A stretch of DNA of 42,551 bases, taken from assembly GCA_048884965.1 (NCBI GenBank), contig JBHLQH010000031.1, positions 1 to 42,551 of the forward strand, given 5' to 3'. Each line of letters starts with the position of its first letter. The first letter of the stretch is position 1. The DNA comes from Candidatus Thorarchaeota archaeon. Lineage in GTDB: Archaea; Asgardarchaeota; Thorarchaeia; Thorarchaeales; Thorarchaeaceae. The notes under the pieces are model-generated. The model was not told the DNA's origin. It saw nothing but the letters and a program-made list of their open reading frames with translations, and made no database searches. This document shows, in pieces, positions 19,589 through 29,307 of the stretch. Made by a program: the position numbers and the translations under genes.

Positions 19589-19755
19589 ATCATATCCTTC
19601 CTGTCCTATACGAACCATATCTAGCAAATCTAGAATGATTCAACAACTTGAGGTTTTCGTATCAAGAAACTAGTTGCTTTGTAGCGTTCTTTTTTATAAC
19701 GCCTAGCTCATTTTGAATAGGAAATCAAGATTCTTCGATCGGATGAGGATGGAAA

Positions 19756-22626
19756 GTGCAAAACAGAACTTGGTCAATTGCATATGCATTCACCTCCATA
19801 AGGAACAGACGACTAAAAAGCCTTGGAATCGTTTTCTTGCTATCTATCGGTATAGCCCTACCCGTGACTGTGTTTTCTTGGAGTGCCACGGTAGAGTATC
19901 TTGCATTCGAATCCTATTGGTCTGATAATATCTACCAAATGCTGATTCTTACTGAGGATCCAAATAGTGCTTCGCTTCAGGAGATAAAAGATGCGCAACA
20001 GCTCCTGCAGAGTAATGAACTAGTCGAGGTGGCAGATTATTATATTTCCACCAGTGCAATCCTTGTAAACGGTGCTCCTAGTAGGACATATTATAGCACC
20101 GAGGCTGCAAACGAACGTGGTGGCATTCAAGATACTCGGGTTATACCCATTACAAACACGCAACTCGATAGGATTTCTGCGGAGTTCAACTGGAAAGGTA
20201 ATTCGACACTGACCAATAACTCAGTTCTTGTTTCTCAGACATTCATTGACCATTGCGTTCTATCACAGGGAATCAGATATCAGATTGGTGATATTGTATC
20301 GTTCGATATTCTGACTATTGAGAACAGACGGTTTTTTACGTGTGATAGTGAAAGGATATCTAACCTCACTATTGCAGGAATATACGACATCAAATCACTC
20401 AGTACATTCATAGGTGAAGCATTCCCATCTACAATGAGACTCAATCCATGGACGAGACATCCTGAAGATCGATGGCCGGTCTTGGGAATATCCGATTCAA
20501 TCTTCATCATTCGCAATAACTTAGACGAGAATCTTTTGCATGAGATTGAATACTCAGGCTATTTTCCACCTAGACTACTAGTACGAGCGGATTTTCAGGT
20601 TATTATGTCAAAAGGTGCAAAGAACCTTGAATCGACTCTTTCTGCAATGCGAGATATCCTGTTGGAGCAATTTCCAGAGATTAGGGTCATTGCAGTGAGA
20701 GAGCTAGAAGATATCACTGAATATATCGAAACCACTCTACGAAGCCAGGTTTTCACGCTTCTAGGATTTCCAATTATAATGATGAGCTTGTTCTTAGCGG
20801 TTTATGTATCCAAATCCTCGATAACTCGTCGTGGTAGTGAGATTAGCATCCTGCGATCAAAGGGAGCATCCTATAATCAAATACTCTCTTCAGTTGTCTG
20901 GGAGGCATTGCTTCTTTCATTAATCAGCATTGGAGCAGGTTTCCTCCTTACATCCATCTTGGTGTCATTGATGGGAAGTGCTACTGCACCCTTCGTATTC
21001 GATTTAGACTCGTTCTTCCACTTTCTCTATAATGTTCGGTTTCCATGGATTGGAGTGATAATCGGGATCACGATAGCCTTCTATCTACCAGGATTGTATA
21101 TGTATCACATTGTATCAAATATGAGAGTCTATGATATAGGACAACCTACACAAAAAGAAATTCCTGAAGAGATTGAAGAAGGAAAAATCTGGCGGTTCAC
21201 GGGATCATTCGTCATTGTTATTATCCTGATATTCCTACTTCCTTCAATCTATGAGCCCAGCGGATGGATCGCATCACTTGAAGTGATCTCTGTTGCGATT
21301 CTGTTGTTCGCAGCAGCATATCTTGGATCAAATATGATGCAACAGATGGTATCGCGAGTATCGGGTATGATGAGACCCATGCTTGGAGAACGTTTTCTTT
21401 ACGTTAGTCAAAGTCTGAAACGTAGAAGAAGTCAATTCATTCCCCTGATGATTATCCTTTCACTGACGCTTTCCACGACGACAATGATGCTTATTGAAAC
21501 GGCAACTGTTGAAGCCACAGCAAGGAATGAGCTACAATATGCATATGGTGCGGACATCAGAGTATCAACAACTGAGAATTCCCATTACATAGAGTTCAAT
21601 CAAGAACTAGAATCATACGAGTGGATCATTAAATCAACTGCTGTAGTTCAGGTATCAGGAAAGGTTGGGAATCTACCTCTCATGCTAGAAGGAATCGAAA
21701 CGAGGGACTATCTAAATATCTGTTCGATACAACCTGATTCATTCAATTACGGAAATGCTATCGATATGTTGGAAGATCTAGATTCTAGGTCGGATGGGAT
21801 CATCTTATCGGAGTACTTGGGAAACATCTTGAATAGAACTGAAGGTTCACAGATTGCCATTCCAGTTTGGAGGGGTGAAGAATACTACATACAGCAATTT
21901 ACTATAGTGGGATTCATGAAATCAGCTCCAGGTTTCGGATTTGCCGCAATTGAACAAGCAGATTCCGCTTCAATTCCATGGCAACTTGGAATACAGATAA
22001 GACCAGGAGGGTTTGCTTTTATCAATCGTCGAACCCTAATTAGACTCGCAAACACTACCAATGCAAAATACTTCTTTGCTCAGACCTATGTTGACCCCGC
22101 ACTACCCGAATTCTGCTCCGAGCTGAATTACAGATATGATATCAATGCTGAAACCTATCACTACTCGAATATATTTCAAGAGCATAATGATGCGGGTATA
22201 TTCTTGAGAGGGATGTACGGTTTCACAACTATCGGAACACTATTGTGCACCGCAATGGGACTAACATCTATAGGACTCTTCTTTGGAGCAGCTATCAATG
22301 AAAGAAGACCTGAGTATGCCATAATAAAGGCACTTGGCGGGACCATCAAGCAAGTGGGATCACTGGTACTTGGGGAATTCGCTGGACTAATCGTAGCAAT
22401 CATAGGGCTGAGTCTCATAATGGGCATCTCTTTTGGTTACCTCATGAGTATTCTAATATTTGCCATATCTCCGTTCCAAGTATTATTACCGTATGTACAA
22501 TCATTCCAATGGCATTGGATTCTTGCGATTTCAACAGCAGATACGTTGGTCATGCTATTAGCATGTCTCTATCCAGCACGGATTGCTGGCTCGACAAATA
22601 TGATCCAGGAGCTGAGAAACTTATGA
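19756..22626 (+). CDS. Large FtsX/MacB-like ABC permease (copy 2, paralog of 14683-17538)
   Basis: Collinear with copy 1 (TSIRN, FSWSAT, AFPSTMR, LRSKGASYNQI, SQFIPL, ILIFAISPFQ, LRNL). Confidence 0.9.
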   Translation: MQNRTWSIAYAFTSIRNRRLKSLGIVFLLSIGIALPVTVFSWSATVEYLAFESYWSDNIYQMLILTEDPNSASLQEIKDAQQLLQSNELVEVADYYISTSAILVNGAPSRTYYSTEAANERGGIQDTRVIPITNTQLDRISAEFNWKGNSTLTNNSVLVSQTFIDHCVLSQGIRYQIGDIVSFDILTIENRRFFTCDSERISNLTIAGIYDIKSLSTFIGEAFPSTMRLNPWTRHPEDRWPVLGISDSIFIIRNNLDENLLHEIEYSGYFPPRLLVRADFQVIMSKGAKNLESTLSAMRDILLEQFPEIRVIAVRELEDITEYIETTLRSQVFTLLGFPIIMMSLFLAVYVSKSSITRRGSEISILRSKGASYNQILSSVVWEALLLSLISIGAGFLLTSILVSLMGSATAPFVFDLDSFFHFLYNVRFPWIGVIIGITIAFYLPGLYMYHIVSNMRVYDIGQPTQKEIPEEIEEGKIWRFTGSFVIVIILIFLLPSIYEPSGWIASLEVISVAILLFAAAYLGSNMMQQMVSRVSGMMRPMLGERFLYVSQSLKRRRSQFIPLMIILSLTLSTTTMMLIETATVEATARNELQYAYGADIRVSTTENSHYIEFNQELESYEWIIKSTAVVQVSGKVGNLPLMLEGIETRDYLNICSIQPDSFNYGNAIDMLEDLDSRSDGIILSEYLGNILNRTEGSQIAIPVWRGEEYYIQQFTIVGFMKSAPGFGFAAIEQADSASIPWQLGIQIRPGGFAFINRRTLIRLANTTNAKYFFAQTYVDPALPEFCSELNYRYDINAETYHYSNIFQEHNDAGIFLRGMYGFTTIGTLLCTAMGLTSIGLFFGAAINERRPEYAIIKALGGTIKQVGSLVLGEFAGLIVAIIGLSLIMGISFGYLMSILIFAISPFQVLLPYVQSFQWHWILAISTADTLVMLLACLYPARIAGSTNMIQELRNL

Positions 22627-24224
22627 TGTGCGGAGAGAGATCTACAGCCTCAGTTTTTTTGCTGGTCCTCATAATCATCAGCACATTAATTCCTCTTCTT
22701 GCTACCGCGGGAGTGCCCTATGAAGCAGAGATTGTTGTTTATCGAAGCTACCTTGGAGGGGACTTCGAGGAAACAATGGTTGAAGTCCTGTCCGATCAGC
22801 AAGGTAATTCCTACTTCTTCGGATACACAAACTCAGAGGAGTATGAGTATTTCGAACCTGCAAATCCTAGCATAGGAGATATAGACATCTTTCTGGCAAA
22901 AGTCGACCCATCAGGGGATTTAGTATTCTATGCTCTCTATGGAGGAAGAAAAGATGACATCCTTACAGATGTCTGTCAAGTAGATGACGATACATTTCTT
23001 CTAGCAGGATATACGACCTCAAGCAACCTTCCCACTTCGTCGCTTTCTTTTCAACAAAGTTTGGAGGGAGAGCAGGATGGTTTCATTCTTGAGATTACAA
23101 ACACAGGTACTCTAGGATATTGCTCATACTTTGGTGGTAGTGGGAATGACAAGATTCTTGCTATTGAACAGGATAGTGAGGGGAACACCATTATTGCAGG
23201 AACCACATCTAGCGGAAATCTTCCCCTTACCAATGCTTCACGTTCGGTGATGGAGGGAGAAGACGACCTCTTCCTTGCAAAGCTATACCAAGAGAAAACT
23301 GCACTAATCTACTCCACTTTTTGGGGGTCGAATACAACTGATGTGATATCACAGAAGGGAAACATCCTTGTCGTAGATGCATTTGACAATGTGATCATTG
23401 CGGCTTCCACAGAGAGTTATTCATACCCTTCACTAAGAACTCCTTCAAATAGAAGTATGGATGTCTTCCTGTCAAAATTCAATGAAACAGGATTTCTAGT
23501 CGACAGTTATTTTCTGAACACTTCCGCGATTTCAGAAGAAGATGATTTTGCTACATCTCTATATATGGATGAAAGTGGTACTCTTTTTGTCACAGGAATT
23601 ATCTATCACGATATTAGGATAATACCTGAGGGACAGGTAGATTCAGTTCCGGCGATTGCTTCATGTGTATTTGTTTCTCGAGTAGACACAGCTTTCTCTG
23701 ACTATAAGACGATTGTATTGGAGGGCTTTAGAAATGATACATCTAGTGATCTGTATGTAAATTCCACTGGCCATGTCTTTGTGTCTGGTATTACAGATAG
23801 CTTGAATTATCCTCAAACGCCAGGTGCAGATGACTTTTCAGGAAAGACAGATGGATTTCTCACCATTCTCAAACCCAACCTTGATGAGATTGCTTTCTCG
23901 ACTTTCTTGGGAGGCTATGATCATGAGAATACGACATACTTCTCTGTCGATTCCTATAATCGGATCGTATTAGGAGGATGTACGAATTCTATCGACATCA
24001 TACCAGTGGCAGCTATTCAATCATCAAAGAATAGACCCGGATTCGATTTCGATGCATATATTGTATGCATTGACCCAAGTCGTATGATACAAGAACCTCA
24101 ACCCCTTGACCTATCATTGCTTTCACTGTCTTTGATTGTAATGGCTCCACCTATTGTTGCAATATTGGTACTCATTCTCATTAGAAAACGACTAAGAATT
24201 GTCGACAGCTATCGTGTAGAATAA
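22623..24224 (+). CDS. SBBP-repeat beta-propeller surface protein (copy 2)
   Basis: RSYLGG, CSYFGG, WGSNTTDV and STFLGG repeats. ATGA overlap with the permease; C-terminal TM and basic tail. Confidence 0.88.
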   Translation: MMCGERSTASVFLLVLIIISTLIPLLATAGVPYEAEIVVYRSYLGGDFEETMVEVLSDQQGNSYFFGYTNSEEYEYFEPANPSIGDIDIFLAKVDPSGDLVFYALYGGRKDDILTDVCQVDDDTFLLAGYTTSSNLPTSSLSFQQSLEGEQDGFILEITNTGTLGYCSYFGGSGNDKILAIEQDSEGNTIIAGTTSSGNLPLTNASRSVMEGEDDLFLAKLYQEKTALIYSTFWGSNTTDVISQKGNILVVDAFDNVIIAASTESYSYPSLRTPSNRSMDVFLSKFNETGFLVDSYFLNTSAISEEDDFATSLYMDESGTLFVTGIIYHDIRIIPEGQVDSVPAIASCVFVSRVDTAFSDYKTIVLEGFRNDTSSDLYVNSTGHVFVSGITDSLNYPQTPGADDFSGKTDGFLTILKPNLDEIAFSTFLGGYDHENTTYFSVDSYNRIVLGGCTNSIDIIPVAAIQSSKNRPGFDFDAYIVCIDPSRMIQEPQPLDLSLLSLSLIVMAPPIVAILVLILIRKRLRIVDSYRVE

Positions 24225-24272
24225 TGGACATACTAGAGAGGTCATTTGATAGAGTATATATTAGGGTAATAA

Positions 24273-25463
24273 TTGCGGAATATTGGGTATGTAATCGTGC
24301 TCGCAGAGAGAAATGCCTATGTTCCAGCAAGTGAGATTCGTAAGATATTCAACATGATTCAAGGCCAGAACGATGTTCTTGACATGACTGTTGGAATTCC
24401 GGATTTTGATACACCCGATTTCATAAAGAAGGCTGGAAAAGAGGCAATTGACAACGGCTTTACGAGGTATACCCACAATGCAGGATACATAGAAACACGG
24501 GAAGCCATGTCTCTGAAGCTCAAGCGCGACAATGGTATTGACGCGAATCCCATCAACGAAATCATGATGACAGCTGGTGGTATGGGAGCGCTTCTCCTTG
24601 CTAATCTTGTTATCGTTAATCCGGGAGATGAAGTTCTATATCCTGATCCTGGTTTTGTGAGTCACTATTCCCATATCCGGCTTGCAGGTGGAATACCCAT
24701 TCCCGTTCCCTTGATGAAAGAGAATAATTTCGGGATGTCTGCAGAGTCAGTTTCTGAATTGATCACAGACAGAACGAAGATGATCGTTCTGAATAGCCCC
24801 AATAATCCAACCGGAGGAGTAACAGATCCAGAGGAGATGAAGGCCATTGCGGAATTGGCAAACGAGTATGATTTCTATATTCTAGCTGATGAGGCATACG
24901 AGCAATTCCAATACGAAAATGAAAAACCCGTCTTCATTGGTTCATTCGATGAAGCGATTGAACGTACAATATCGATATTCTCACTTTCCAAAACCTATGC
25001 AATGACTGGATGGCGAATTGGAGCTGTTGCAGGTCCAAAAGATGTGATTGCTTCAATGGTCAAGCTTCAGGAGCATGTCTTAGCTTCGCCAACATCTATT
25101 GCCCAGAAGGCTGCTGAGGCAGCTGTCATGGGTCCCCAAAGTTGCATCAAGGATATGACTGCGACTTTCAGAAAGCGAAGAGACATCATCACCAAAGGAT
25201 TGAACGCGATTGAAGGAGTTGAATTGCAATCACCCGGTGGAGCATTCTATGCATTCCCAGATATCTCAGCATTCGGTATGTCATCATATGATCTTGTAAT
25301 TAAAATGCTAGAGGACATTCGAGTAGCAGCAGTACACGGATCTGCGTTTGGTCAGAATGGTGAGGGTTTCATAAGAATCTGCTATGCTGTTTCAACAGAA
25401 AGAATTGAAGAAACGATACAACGTATGGACCGATATCTTCCATCTTTGCTACGCCGTAGTTAG
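24273..25463 (+). CDS. PLP-dependent aminotransferase class I/II (aspartate aminotransferase-like)
   Basis: G.PDF.TP, NSPNNPTG, DEAY, SLSKTYAMTGWRIG, PGGAFY. Start may be a few codons downstream. Confidence 0.95.
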   Translation: MRNIGYVIVLAERNAYVPASEIRKIFNMIQGQNDVLDMTVGIPDFDTPDFIKKAGKEAIDNGFTRYTHNAGYIETREAMSLKLKRDNGIDANPINEIMMTAGGMGALLLANLVIVNPGDEVLYPDPGFVSHYSHIRLAGGIPIPVPLMKENNFGMSAESVSELITDRTKMIVLNSPNNPTGGVTDPEEMKAIAELANEYDFYILADEAYEQFQYENEKPVFIGSFDEAIERTISIFSLSKTYAMTGWRIGAVAGPKDVIASMVKLQEHVLASPTSIAQKAAEAAVMGPQSCIKDMTATFRKRRDIITKGLNAIEGVELQSPGGAFYAFPDISAFGMSSYDLVIKMLEDIRVAAVHGSAFGQNGEGFIRICYAVSTERIEETIQRMDRYLPSLLRRS

Positions 25464-25880
25464 TCGCTGAAGAAGAATATCATAATCAGTATAAGTTCGC
25501 AACCCAGGTAATTGACCAACAGGTTTTCCATTTTTGAATGCGATTATCATAGGAACTGATTGAACTCCAAATTGGGCGGTCGTCCTAGGATTCCGGTCAA
25601 TATCGATTTTTCCAAAGAATGCTTTTCCTTGGTAGTCTTGTGCAAGTTCTGTGAAGATAGGCGCAAGCATCTTACAAGGGTTGCACCATTCTCCATAGAA
25701 ATCTATCATTGCAGTATTTGTCTTCTGGATAGTACTCCAAAAAGTGGAATCAACGAGGAGATTCACTTTGCCATTCCCCATAGGTTCAGAAAGTTGCGGT
25801 TTGGGAGGGGCTTGGGCTTGCTCCATCAATTGCTGCATCTTCTTTCTTCGTATTTCAGCTAGTTCATCATCTAAAGACAC
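25449..25880 (-). CDS. trxA: Thioredoxin with N-terminal helical extension
   Basis: DFYGEWCNPC and FGVQSVP; archaeal-type DDELAEIRRKK leader. GTG start follows GGAGGT. Confidence 0.88.
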   Translation of the reverse strand: MSLDDELAEIRRKKMQQLMEQAQAPPKPQLSEPMGNGKVNLLVDSTFWSTIQKTNTAMIDFYGEWCNPCKMLAPIFTELAQDYQGKAFFGKIDIDRNPRTTAQFGVQSVPMIIAFKNGKPVGQLPGLRTYTDYDILLQRLTTA

Positions 25881-26017
25881 AGAAGGACCTCCTTCGCTTG
25901 TGCAGATTAATTGCACAGCCGTTTATGAACCCTTCGATAAGTAACTGAATTCTTTGCGTTATGCGTCGATTTAATACCGAGTATGAATTTCAGCGGTTCT
26001 AATGGTGAATCATTAAG

Positions 26018-26965
26018 ATGGCTGAGGATTACAGCAAGTACTATATTCTTCTCATCATAGCCACTTTTACATGGGGCGGATCATGGGTCGCAGCTAAGAT
26101 TCTGGTCGATATCGCACCTCCATTCACCATTGGATTCTTCAGATTTCTGATTGGTAGTGTTCTCTTCTTGGGACTACTGGGAGTCACCGGTTCCTCTCCA
26201 AGGTATCTATTCACTAGAGCACGTGTCAAATGGCTATTCTTCTTGGGACTTACAGGGATATTCGGGTATGGTGTCATGTTTCTGATTGGGATGCAATTCA
26301 CAACAGCTGCCCAAGGATCAATTATTGCGGGATTCAATCCAATTACAATCAGTATATTTGCTCATATCATCCACAAAGAACATCTAAATCGGAATTGGAA
26401 ATACATCGGATTTGGTCTGGGATTTTTGGGAGTAGTCTTTGTTGTTGGTGTTCAATCATTGCTTGCCTTTCAGTTAGAATACCTGATTGGTAATTTCATC
26501 ATTTTGGGAGCGATGTGCCTATGGGGACTGTATTCTTCAATCGCGAAAGAAGCTATGAAGACCATGACCCCACTTGAAGCTAATGCAGGGGCAGCGGTTA
26601 TTGGGATGACACTTTTTGGAATAGGAGCAATCTTTGAGGAGCCTTGGACTCTCACGATATACAATGATGTTAACTTCTGGTGGAATGTAACCTTTCTAGG
26701 AGTATTCACAACCTTTGTGGGATTCTTGTTGTTCTTCATAAGCATCGAAAAACTAGGAGCTACTCGAACTGGGGGATTCATTAACTTCGTTCCAGTCTTT
26801 GGTACTACTCTCTCAGTACTAATCCTTGCAGAGACAATCTATTGGACCTTTCTTGTTGGTCTAATACTCGTGGTGGCAGGTGTTTCAATCATTAACTATC
26901 CTACTATTGATGGGTCAACCGAATCAATAGAGGGACATAAAGAGGAAGACATGCACAAAGGGTAA
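26018..26965 (+). CDS. EamA/DMT family transporter
   Basis: WGGSW, PPF...FR, about 10 TM helices, LGATR...PVF. Confidence 0.93.
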   Translation: MAEDYSKYYILLIIATFTWGGSWVAAKILVDIAPPFTIGFFRFLIGSVLFLGLLGVTGSSPRYLFTRARVKWLFFLGLTGIFGYGVMFLIGMQFTTAAQGSIIAGFNPITISIFAHIIHKEHLNRNWKYIGFGLGFLGVVFVVGVQSLLAFQLEYLIGNFIILGAMCLWGLYSSIAKEAMKTMTPLEANAGAAVIGMTLFGIGAIFEEPWTLTIYNDVNFWWNVTFLGVFTTFVGFLLFFISIEKLGATRTGGFINFVPVFGTTLSVLILAETIYWTFLVGLILVVAGVSIINYPTIDGSTESIEGHKEEDMHKG

Positions 26966-27007
26966 AAGGGCTCATGGTCTTTCGTTTGACTGAACAGATA
27001 CTTTTGA

Positions 27008-28459
27008 TTGTCATGGGTGAGAGGATTGGCAGATTCAAACAATCTTATGGATACGATACATGATAGACCAAGGTCATTACGATTTATTGGCCTGACCCAA
27101 ATGTTGTTTGGCACATTCGGACTTCTTGCAGGGATTGGCTTGCTTGTCGCCAACACATTGGGCTTAGCAGATCCTACAATGACTCCACTATATTCAGTCC
27201 TGATCTTTGTGGGGGTTGCAGTACCAGGGCTTGTAATCGGTAATTATGTAGATGACCTTCGAAGAGGTGCAGTCGCAGCCCAGATTTTCTACAGCTACAG
27301 TGCGGTCATACTGACGGCATTGTTCTTGGTAGTCTACGGTATAGGATATCATTGGACATTTCCATGGTTTGATGCCACTCTTGATATCTACATAGGCAAT
27401 CTAGCTGCTGCCATACTCGTAATTCAATTCTTCTTTGGAACATATCTCGTAGTGAGATGGAGTAGTGTAGCTCCAGCGCCAGGAATCAAGATAGTTCGTG
27501 ACCGAAGACGGGCACGATTAATCGAGCGAGGGGAGATACCCTCACCATTGTCTACTCATATTCTTGCACCAGATGGACAGACTGAGCTCAGCTACGAGGA
27601 TGGGCAACGTATCCTTGATATCAGAAAAATCACAACGGACGAAGGAATGGCGATCCTCTGCTCAAACTGTGGAGGAGCAACACCTCTCACCAAAGTCGAA
27701 GATGATAACACTCTCCATTGCGATTATTGTGGAGTTAGATTAGGTGTATCAAGCGTGTTCGTTCCATGTGAGAATCATCCGGAGTATTTGGCTGCTACAA
27801 GTTGTGCTGTTTGCGGGGATCACTATTGCAGGCAATGTTTGACTGCTCAAGAACCTCCTGTAGATGAAAGGTGGGAAGGTTCTACCGTGTTCCTTTGTCG
27901 AAAATGCTTCGAAGGTAGATATCGGCCAGCAGTGACAACCTCGTCCTTAGTGATTCCAATTGATCAACTCTTTGGGAAGGCGGGAGGGCGATTTGCCAAA
28001 CTTGGGCAGCTCTATGGAAAATTCCTGAGAGCCTATGGTGGAATCATGAAGTACGTCCTTGAATTCTCACTTCGTATCGCAGCAAGTATGGGCAAGGCTG
28101 GCGGGAAAGGTGGAGGGGGAAAGGACGATGCGGCTGCGTTCCTCCTGATAATGGTCATCATAATCATTGCCATCCCTATTGCAGTTGCAATCCTTTTGCT
28201 GGTTGCAGGAATCGTGATAATCCCGTTACTATTCTATATTGGACTTGTTGGCGTCGCAATCGAAGCCGTGAAGATTATCAGAAGGACCGATTTTCTATCT
28301 TTGCAGGAAGCTCGTGAGAAAGGAATTAAAATGGACAAGCCGGTCCGACAAAACGAATCAGTCCTGAGGGAAACGACGCGAACATGGGACGATTCAGGAA
28401 GATATTCTGATCCAAGGTCTCGAAAGGTCTCCGATCCAGACGCGTTCTTCAGGAAGTGA
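27008..28459 (+). CDS. Membrane protein with Zn-ribbon and B-box-like zinc finger
   Basis: Four N-terminal TMs, CSNC-x16-CDYC, CENHP...CAVCG..YC..C...C..C, and a C-terminal hydrophobic hairpin after a Gly-rich linker. Confidence 0.8.
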   Translation: MSWVRGLADSNNLMDTIHDRPRSLRFIGLTQMLFGTFGLLAGIGLLVANTLGLADPTMTPLYSVLIFVGVAVPGLVIGNYVDDLRRGAVAAQIFYSYSAVILTALFLVVYGIGYHWTFPWFDATLDIYIGNLAAAILVIQFFFGTYLVVRWSSVAPAPGIKIVRDRRRARLIERGEIPSPLSTHILAPDGQTELSYEDGQRILDIRKITTDEGMAILCSNCGGATPLTKVEDDNTLHCDYCGVRLGVSSVFVPCENHPEYLAATSCAVCGDHYCRQCLTAQEPPVDERWEGSTVFLCRKCFEGRYRPAVTTSSLVIPIDQLFGKAGGRFAKLGQLYGKFLRAYGGIMKYVLEFSLRIAASMGKAGGKGGGGKDDAAAFLLIMVIIIIAIPIAVAILLLVAGIVIIPLLFYIGLVGVAIEAVKIIRRTDFLSLQEAREKGIKMDKPVRQNESVLRETTRTWDDSGRYSDPRSRKVSDPDAFFRK

Positions 28460-28463
28460 TATC

Positions 28464-29282
28464 ATGACACTAGAAAGAATCCTATGCCCTGTTTGTGGAG
28501 GAGAGGTATCATTTCACACAAAAGATACTGTTACTAGATGCACCTATTGTGGGAGTCCAGTCCTTGGTAGGAATCAAGGTAGGAATTGCATCCATCATAA
28601 AGACACTCTAGCAAAGGCAGTATGCAATATATGTGGAGATCTTATCTGCGAGTTGGATATGCAAAAACGAGTCGGGAACTATGGAGGGAAGCTATTTACA
28701 ATTGTCAACTGTATGAAACCAGAATGCATTCACCAGAGTGAATGGGCACGTCCAATCAACCCAGAGTATGAGAAGTTGACGAATATGGATTGGGCGGATA
28801 AGGTGGACAATAGCATACTACGAGTATCAGGTCTTGGAGCATTGATGATGATGATCTTCGAGCTATTCTTCTTTATCTCAATGCTCTATATTCAATTTTT
28901 CACTGATTGGGGTCGTGCAGACCCTGCCACTATTTCATTCTGGTTCATTCGAGGTGACGAGGTCGTTGTCCTGAGTATTTTAGGAAACTTCATCTCAGCA
29001 CTAATATTGCAGACTTCATTACAGGTGTATGTGCATGAAAGACAATTAGGGGCAGGTCTCATGCTCTTTGCCTTCCTTGTTCTAGAGGTACTTGTCTTGA
29101 TATACAGAGGTCTTCAATTCAATCTGCTATTCTTTCCCAATCCAGTATATCTTGCATTCCTTCTAGGTGCATTCGTGTTCTCAGCCCTTCTGCTATTTGT
29201 TGGAGCTATGTTCGCAATTCGTATAGGATGGAAGAAGAGGAATCAGCTTGAAGACGCAAAAATCAAGCTTGGATTGAGCTAG
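28464..29282 (+). CDS. Zn-ribbon and B-box-like membrane protein
   Basis: CPVC-x14-CTYC, CIHH...CNICG...C...C...C, then four TMs. Starts 4 nt after the previous gene. Confidence 0.8.
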   Translation: MTLERILCPVCGGEVSFHTKDTVTRCTYCGSPVLGRNQGRNCIHHKDTLAKAVCNICGDLICELDMQKRVGNYGGKLFTIVNCMKPECIHQSEWARPINPEYEKLTNMDWADKVDNSILRVSGLGALMMMIFELFFFISMLYIQFFTDWGRADPATISFWFIRGDEVVVLSILGNFISALILQTSLQVYVHERQLGAGLMLFAFLVLEVLVLIYRGLQFNLLFFPNPVYLAFLLGAFVFSALLLFVGAMFAIRIGWKKRNQLEDAKIKLGLS

Positions 29283-29299
29283 GAGAGGATTTCCTCTCC
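29282..29299. terminator. Palindromic hairpin between convergent genes
   Basis: GGAGAGG-ATTT-CCTCTCC. Confidence 0.55.
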
Positions 29300-29307
29300 A
29301 CTCCTCT

